Assembly (NCBI GenBank): GCA_035515435.1
Contig: DATJBI010000067.1
Span: 32,788 to 96,787 of the forward strand
Length of the DNA: 64,000 bases
Reading direction: 5' to 3'
Origin: Anaerolineales bacterium
GTDB lineage: Bacteria; Chloroflexota; Anaerolineae; Anaerolineales; Villigracilaceae
Part shown: positions 60,247 to 64,000 of the stretch, piece by piece
How the letters are laid out: the number at the start of each line of letters is the position of its first letter
How positions within the stretch are numbered: the first letter of the stretch is position 1
The notes under the pieces: model-generated
Told to the model about the DNA's origin: nothing
Seen by the model: the letters and a program-made list of their open reading frames with translations, nothing else
Database searches by the model: none
Translations under genes and position numbers: made by a program

Positions 60247-61026
60247 ATGAGGCCTTCCACGATCGGGGGCATCAATTTACTGGCCGAGCAAGAAAAGCGC
60301 AGGATCTATTATGGGTTGATCCCGCGCGAATTGCTGGAATATTTTCAGCTGCCGCGGATCAACACGCCACAATTCGACTCGCTTGCTCACTTTCGATTCG
60401 CGCCCGGTTCCAGCAACGTGGAAATGTCCTTATTTCATGAACCGCACTTCCCCGACCCGGTCCTTTACGGACATCTCACGGATACGATGAACGGACAGAT
60501 CCATATCCTTTTGTATATCGTGAATGATCCGGCTTCCGCCCGCTTTGACGTGGATAAAATGCCGGACGGGCGCCCCACTCAATTCGGCACACTGACGCGC
60601 AACATCGAGGCGGAGCAGGCGGCTCTCCAAGCCGGCCTCGCGCCGGGCCAGGTGCGGCGCGGGTTGCGAATGCTGCAGGCGGCTGTCATCGGGTTTGAAA
60701 ATTTCGTGGAAGGCCTTGGGCATGATCTGTATTTTGTCGAGCCGCTCTACTACCACAATGCCGTCATCTTCGAGCGTTATGGCTTTGCCTATCAGCAGGG
60801 CCGAAAGTTGATGGAACGCATCCACCAGGGATTCTCAGAAAGCGACGATCTGATCGGCAAATTGGACGGCTCCCCGTTTCGACCTACCGAGGCCAGGCAG
60901 AGCATCCGCCTGCGTTCGTGGGCGATTCACGATGGGATATTGGGTGAACCATTTACGAATGTGACCATGTACAAACGCATCGGCCGATCGGCTGGCATCA
61001 GTACCACCGCCGACACCCAATGGTAA
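60247..61026 (+). CDS. Hypothetical protein, apparently co-transcribed with smpB
   Basis: 259 aa; 3 nt gap after smpB. Only a weak GNAT-like hint (NAVIFERYGF). Confidence 0.6.
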   Translation: MRPSTIGGINLLAEQEKRRIYYGLIPRELLEYFQLPRINTPQFDSLAHFRFAPGSSNVEMSLFHEPHFPDPVLYGHLTDTMNGQIHILLYIVNDPASARFDVDKMPDGRPTQFGTLTRNIEAEQAALQAGLAPGQVRRGLRMLQAAVIGFENFVEGLGHDLYFVEPLYYHNAVIFERYGFAYQQGRKLMERIHQGFSESDDLIGKLDGSPFRPTEARQSIRLRSWAIHDGILGEPFTNVTMYKRIGRSAGISTTADTQW

Positions 61027-61054
61027 AAAAAGGACTGCCGAGGCAGTCTTTTTT
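61024..61054. terminator. Bidirectional intrinsic terminator
   Basis: AAAAAAA-GGACTGC-cgag-GCAGTCT-TTTTTT. Confidence 0.75.
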
Positions 61055-61057
61055 TGC

Positions 61058-61084
61058 GGGGCGGAGCGGGGACAGGACTCGAAC
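61058..61084 (-). other. tRNA 3'-end-like fragment (T-loop, T-stem 3' arm, acceptor 3' strand) without a 5' half
   Basis: Minus strand reads GGTTCGAGTCCTGTCCCCGCTCCGCCC. The 5' T-stem arm and the rest of a cloverleaf could not be built. Confidence 0.35.
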
Positions 61085-61091
61085 CGGAGAG

Positions 61092-61330
61092 CGGGGGCTA
61101 TGAGCCGGTACCCCGATTCGACGGGCGCCGAGCGCTCAACTTGCCTCCCAAGGGAGCTGCCGCCAGCTTGCTGTCGATCGATAAATTTGCCAGATGCAGC
61201 ACATTACTGCAATAGAATTGTTCTTTCCCCTTCTTTAGGCCGCCATATTTCAATCGAGTATCCAAAGTACAGCCGGTATTGCTTTTATACGTGGAACGAG
61301 ACTGGCGGAAGAACCACTTTTTTGGGTGAA
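61092..61330 (+). ncRNA. ssrA: tmRNA (ssrA)-like 5' domain; no matching 3' tRNA-like end found, so possibly truncated or misread
   Basis: GGGGGCT...GATTCGACGGGCGCCGAG resembles the conserved tmRNA 5' end (E. coli GGGGCUGAUUCUGGAUUCGACGGGA). Lies 850 nt downstream of smpB. No convincing tag ORF ending in a hydrophobic tail plus stop. Confidence 0.3.
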
Positions 61331-61339
61331 GCCCAAACC

Positions 61340-61437
61340 TACTCCTGCCCTTGCTTGACAATCTTCTCCTACGCAAGCGGGCCATCATTGAGGGTGTGAT
61401 TGACCAACTCAAGAACATTTCTCAAATTGTACACACT
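61340..61437 (+). mobile_element. Remnant of a DDE transposase C-terminus (IS982/IS4-like)
   Basis: In-frame [28 protein letters not shown] resembles the LLRKRx[14 protein letters not shown] motif of IS982-type transposases. Only about 30 codons, with no N-terminal part. Confidence 0.5.
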
Positions 61438-61505
61438 GACCAACCGGGTTCCATTTTGCGAGACCCCGGAGTGGCCACCTCACTGCCTCCGAATGGGGCT
61501 GGGGA

Positions 61506-61943
61506 TCACCGGCCCAATATTCTGAACTTCTGAGAAACATCTCGAGATTCGCCAAGCACAACCCCGTTGACCTCCACCCAGGCATGGGCATGGATCTCTG
61601 CCATGCTCTTATAGACCCCGATGCAAAGGTGTGCCGGGATGTTTCGCTCCACCAGCATTTCCTGTATAGCAAGCGATCTCATCAGACAGGTCATCGGGAG
61701 CAGATGCAGGCGCGCCGCATAGGCAACCAGCTGCTGTATTCTTTTCGCAAGGATCAAGGCCTGGGATGGATCGGATCTTTTGTCCATAGCTGGATGAGCC
61801 TGGATGGATAGGCGCTCATAACTCATCCAGCGCGAGGCCAGATGGTAGAAGAACAACAACGCCCACGCCTCGACCAGCCCCAGCCAATCGGGCACGGAAA
61901 GCTGCCTTGCAAGCAGCGCCTTTTGCTTAAGCGATTTCAACAA
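61506..61943 (-). CDS. Lasso peptide biosynthesis B2 protein (transglutaminase-like leader peptidase)
   Basis: 145 aa; ...[10 protein letters not shown]...[10 protein letters not shown]... Cys/His arrangement typical of the lasso B2 protease. Confidence 0.88.
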   Translation of the reverse strand: MLKSLKQKALLARQLSVPDWLGLVEAWALLFFYHLASRWMSYERLSIQAHPAMDKRSDPSQALILAKRIQQLVAYAARLHLLPMTCLMRSLAIQEMLVERNIPAHLCIGVYKSMAEIHAHAWVEVNGVVLGESRDVSQKFRILGR

Positions 61944-62202
61944 GCTTGTTGTCCAATAGTTGTCCCACCAGTTCCAAAATGTCCTGTTCGAGTTGCGCCG
62001 GCTGGACTTCGTATTCTGCCCGCAGGGACTGGCAGGCCTCCTTCAAGGGGGTGCCGTCTTTTAGCAGGGTCCATAGACGCGTGCCGACCTCCTGCAGGGC
62101 GAAATATCTGTTGGTGCGTGTGTTAAGCAAGAACGCATCCTGACCTACAACTGTGAATGTGACGTACGGCGGGATAAGCAGGGTCGAATCAAGCGTCAAC
62201 AT
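61927..62202 (-). CDS. Lasso peptide biosynthesis B1 protein (PqqD-like RRE)
   Basis: 91 aa; FLLNTRTNRYFALQEVGTRLWTLL...[11 protein letters not shown]. Overlaps B2 and the kinase. Confidence 0.85.
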   Translation of the reverse strand: MLTLDSTLLIPPYVTFTVVGQDAFLLNTRTNRYFALQEVGTRLWTLLKDGTPLKEACQSLRAEYEVQPAQLEQDILELVGQLLDNKLVEIA

Positions 62203-63107
62203 ATGGTTCTCAATATCTCCGCGATGCCTGGAAGCGCATCCCGGCGATGCGGGTAGGACAGCCTATGGAAAGATACCTGGGGCGCGGCCTGAGCGCAGAA
62301 CTTCAGGTGTCTGGCGAGCAGAGTCGAATCGAACATGCGTGTGCCCGCGATATGGCTGAGCAGGGCCTGAAGACCTTGCGCGGTTGTGATCGTTTGCAGC
62401 TCCGGATCCTGCTTTACCCCGATGCGTTCCAGAAGGCAGACATTTGTTAAAGGCAGGCGCTCGGCCAATCCAGTCGCGGGCTGGACATCCACGGCTAATT
62501 TGAGCTGGGGAAAGTGCGGCATGACCTGCACTCCACCTGCAGCCAGCCCCACGGGCAGGATATCATCCGCGACCAGACGCCAGGGGGCATTTTGCGAGAG
62601 ATAGGCCGCCAGCGTGGATTTGCCTTGACCCGATTCGGCGAGGAACGCGATGATGCTTCTGCCCCTCATCACCGCACTGGCATGCAGGCACCAGACGGCG
62701 CGCAGGGCGAGGGCGAATACCAGCGCGGGGCCAAGCAGGATTTGCCGGTCTGTTTCGTTCAACATGCCCGGAGGCTCTGTCCGGTTCAAGGATTGAACCG
62801 TCTGCCCGTCACGGCTGATGAAAAAGTCACTGCCCCCCGCCACGCGCAGCAGGAATCCACGAAAAGCCGACCAGGTTTCCACGCTGCGCTTTGCATCGGC
62901 CACCCAGCCGACAGTCTGACAGATCAAAACCGGCGGTACCAGGACAGAAAAGACCGCCTGCCACTCTTTTCTGAGGAACGAAGGAGAAATGAATGGGACA
63001 GCTCTGTTCGCGGTCCCATTTTTTCGTACGGCAATTTGGAATGGTGTCAATTCCCCGATCGGACAGTCAAAATAAAGTTCCTGCCCGGCCACGCGGTACC
63101 ATGCCAT
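62196..63107 (-). CDS. HPr-kinase-like serine kinase associated with lasso clusters
   Basis: 303 aa; LHASAVMRGRSIIAFLAESGQGKSTLAAYL (P-loop in an HprK-like context). Sits between the precursor and B1. Confidence 0.75.
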   Translation of the reverse strand: MAWYRVAGQELYFDCPIGELTPFQIAVRKNGTANRAVPFISPSFLRKEWQAVFSVLVPPVLICQTVGWVADAKRSVETWSAFRGFLLRVAGGSDFFISRDGQTVQSLNRTEPPGMLNETDRQILLGPALVFALALRAVWCLHASAVMRGRSIIAFLAESGQGKSTLAAYLSQNAPWRLVADDILPVGLAAGGVQVMPHFPQLKLAVDVQPATGLAERLPLTNVCLLERIGVKQDPELQTITTAQGLQALLSHIAGTRMFDSTLLARHLKFCAQAAPQVSFHRLSYPHRRDALPGIAEILRTIC

Positions 63108-63174
63108 GAATTTATCCTGCTGCGAATTCCGAAAGTCCCTTTCTTGCCCGGATACACCCGCTCCAGATGGGACG

Positions 63175-63408
63175 CTACGGCCGGGGTGTAGGGCCTCCAG
63201 GAGGAAAGCCCTTGAGGCCGCTGTAGCCGCCGCCCATCGTAAACCCGGTGTTATAGTTCCCTGAATCTCCAGTCGATGTAATAGATGGACCCAGCGTCAA
63301 TGTGCGCAGGTCGCCCAATTCCCGTAGAGTTGGTTTCGTGTAGGGTTTGCGTTTTGCAGCGGCATGGATCTTTGCTTTTTCAGCAGAATTCGGTTGCTTA
63401 GTGGTCAT
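63175..63408 (-). CDS. Lasso peptide precursor (A)
   Basis: 77 aa; leader motif YTKPTLRELGDLRTLT-L, then GPSITSTGD... (Gly1 to Asp9). Sits between the cyclase and the kinase. Confidence 0.75.
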   Translation of the reverse strand: MTTKQPNSAEKAKIHAAAKRKPYTKPTLRELGDLRTLTLGPSITSTGDSGNYNTGFTMGGGYSGLKGFPPGGPTPRP

Positions 63409-63433
63409 TTGGAATTCCTGTAATCATTTTTAA

Positions 63434-64000
63434 TTATAGCAGATTATGTCCGGTAATAGTATGTCGGTGCCAGGCTTCATAGGCAATACACAGCCAGGGC
63501 ACAAGCCGCTCAGCAACATCCTCTTCCGGTATCACATTCCAGCGGCTTGAGATCCACTTTTCATCCACAAACTCGCGCCAGGCGGCATGCGAATCCAGAA
63601 AACAGGCCTGCTGGATGGCCTTTTCGCGCTCCATGCCGCGCAGGAATAATGGAGTAAAAGAAGTGCCTGTGGGGCGAGCACGGATCATCTCGGGCAGGAT
63701 ACCCTGCATGGCATTCCGCAGGATATGCTTGTAATATCCACGATGAAAGAGCTGATGAGCCGGAATGGCCAGGACGAATTCCACCAGACGGCGGTCTCGA
63801 TAGGGATGGCGCAGCTCAATTCCGTTCCGGCTGGCATTGAAAGTTTCTCTCGAGCTATTTAGAGCATTCGACGTTCCGACCAGACCGGCCTGGCGTTCCG
63901 AGAGAATCGGGGCAGCGCCATCAGCGTCAGACCGAAGCAGCAGTCGGGCTGCCGCCGGTGTCAGCCAGGTGGGTATGGCACGTCTGCGAAGTGAGCGCGG
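63434..64000 (-). CDS. Lasso peptide cyclase (asparagine synthetase-like, C protein), C-terminal part; runs off right edge
   Basis: The track ORF starts at GTG 63784, but my translation shows the frame stays open to position 64000 (...NGIELRHPYRDRRLVEFVLAIPAHQLF...), an AsnB-like C-terminal region. Confidence 0.8.
   Translation of the reverse strand, partial: PRSLRRRAIPTWLTPAAARLLLRSDADGAAPILSERQAGLVGTSNALNSSRETFNASRNGIELRHPYRDRRLVEFVLAIPAHQLFHRGYYKHILRNAMQGILPEMIRARPTGTSFTPLFLRGMEREKAIQQACFLDSHAAWREFVDEKWISSRWNVIPEEDVAERLVPWLCIAYEAWHRHTITGHNLL

Noticed and set aside
61057-61165. Complete tRNA (possibly tRNA-Sec or long-arm tRNA) on the minus strand
   Set aside because: Only the T-loop, T-stem 3' arm and acceptor 3' strand look tRNA-like. 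The T-stem 5' arm does not pair (CCGG versus CCTG), no 7 nt anticodon loop with a proper stem could be drawn, and acceptor pairing needs a bulge.
61150-61190. SsrA-tag-like reading frame ANLSIDSKLAAA on the minus strand
   Set aside because: No stop codon follows LAAA (the frame continues PLGG...), and the conserved tmRNA 5' motif is on the opposite strand. Treated as coincidence.

Overview
This 64 kb window is bacterial chromosomal DNA, moderately GC-rich, with dense, mostly housekeeping coding on both strands. Protein families and frequent leaderless promoters suggest a Chloroflexota-like, possibly thermophilic organism; that assignment is inference only. Read left to right, it contains: smc (partial), rnc, an aldo/keto reductase, an aspS-asnS pair, a 14-blade WD40 protein and a GH25-LysM muramidase. 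Next come a roughly 0.8 kb gene-free stretch, an AraC-HTH/MGMT (Ada-like) protein, an EamA transporter and glnA. A visibly more GC-rich MerR-AKR-cupin-ADH-DUF2255 block follows and carries decayed genes. Then come a YcaQ-like glycosylase, queF-ttuA-ttuB, a GT4 glycosyltransferase, miaA, an acyl-CoA ligase, ftsH, an orphan receiver, DUF192 and a LysM-M23 peptidase. After these are a complete LIV-type ABC transporter operon and a second transporter unit without ATPase genes (fused LivH-LivM permease, FAD oxidoreductase, binding protein). The next stretch holds cinA, an M14 peptidase, an MtaD-CYTH fusion, mltG, ruvX, an SLT transglycosylase, yggU/yggT/yggS, pgeF, a thiol-redox pair (Grx-DUF2085, ccdA), an L,D-transpeptidase, hydrolases, an MFS transporter and smpB. 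The right edge carries a tmRNA-like/tRNA-like/IS-remnant junction followed by a lasso-peptide gene cluster (C-A-K-B1-B2) that runs off the window. The two most interesting items: (1) a short Asn/Asp-rich leader ORF with trp-style alternative helices and an intrinsic terminator just upstream of aspS-asnS; (2) the kinase-containing lasso cluster, whose precursor has an unusually long predicted core and no C-terminal Ser. No rRNA, intact tRNA or CRISPR array was seen. All family calls come from reading motifs in the supplied translations or my own translations; no database search was run.
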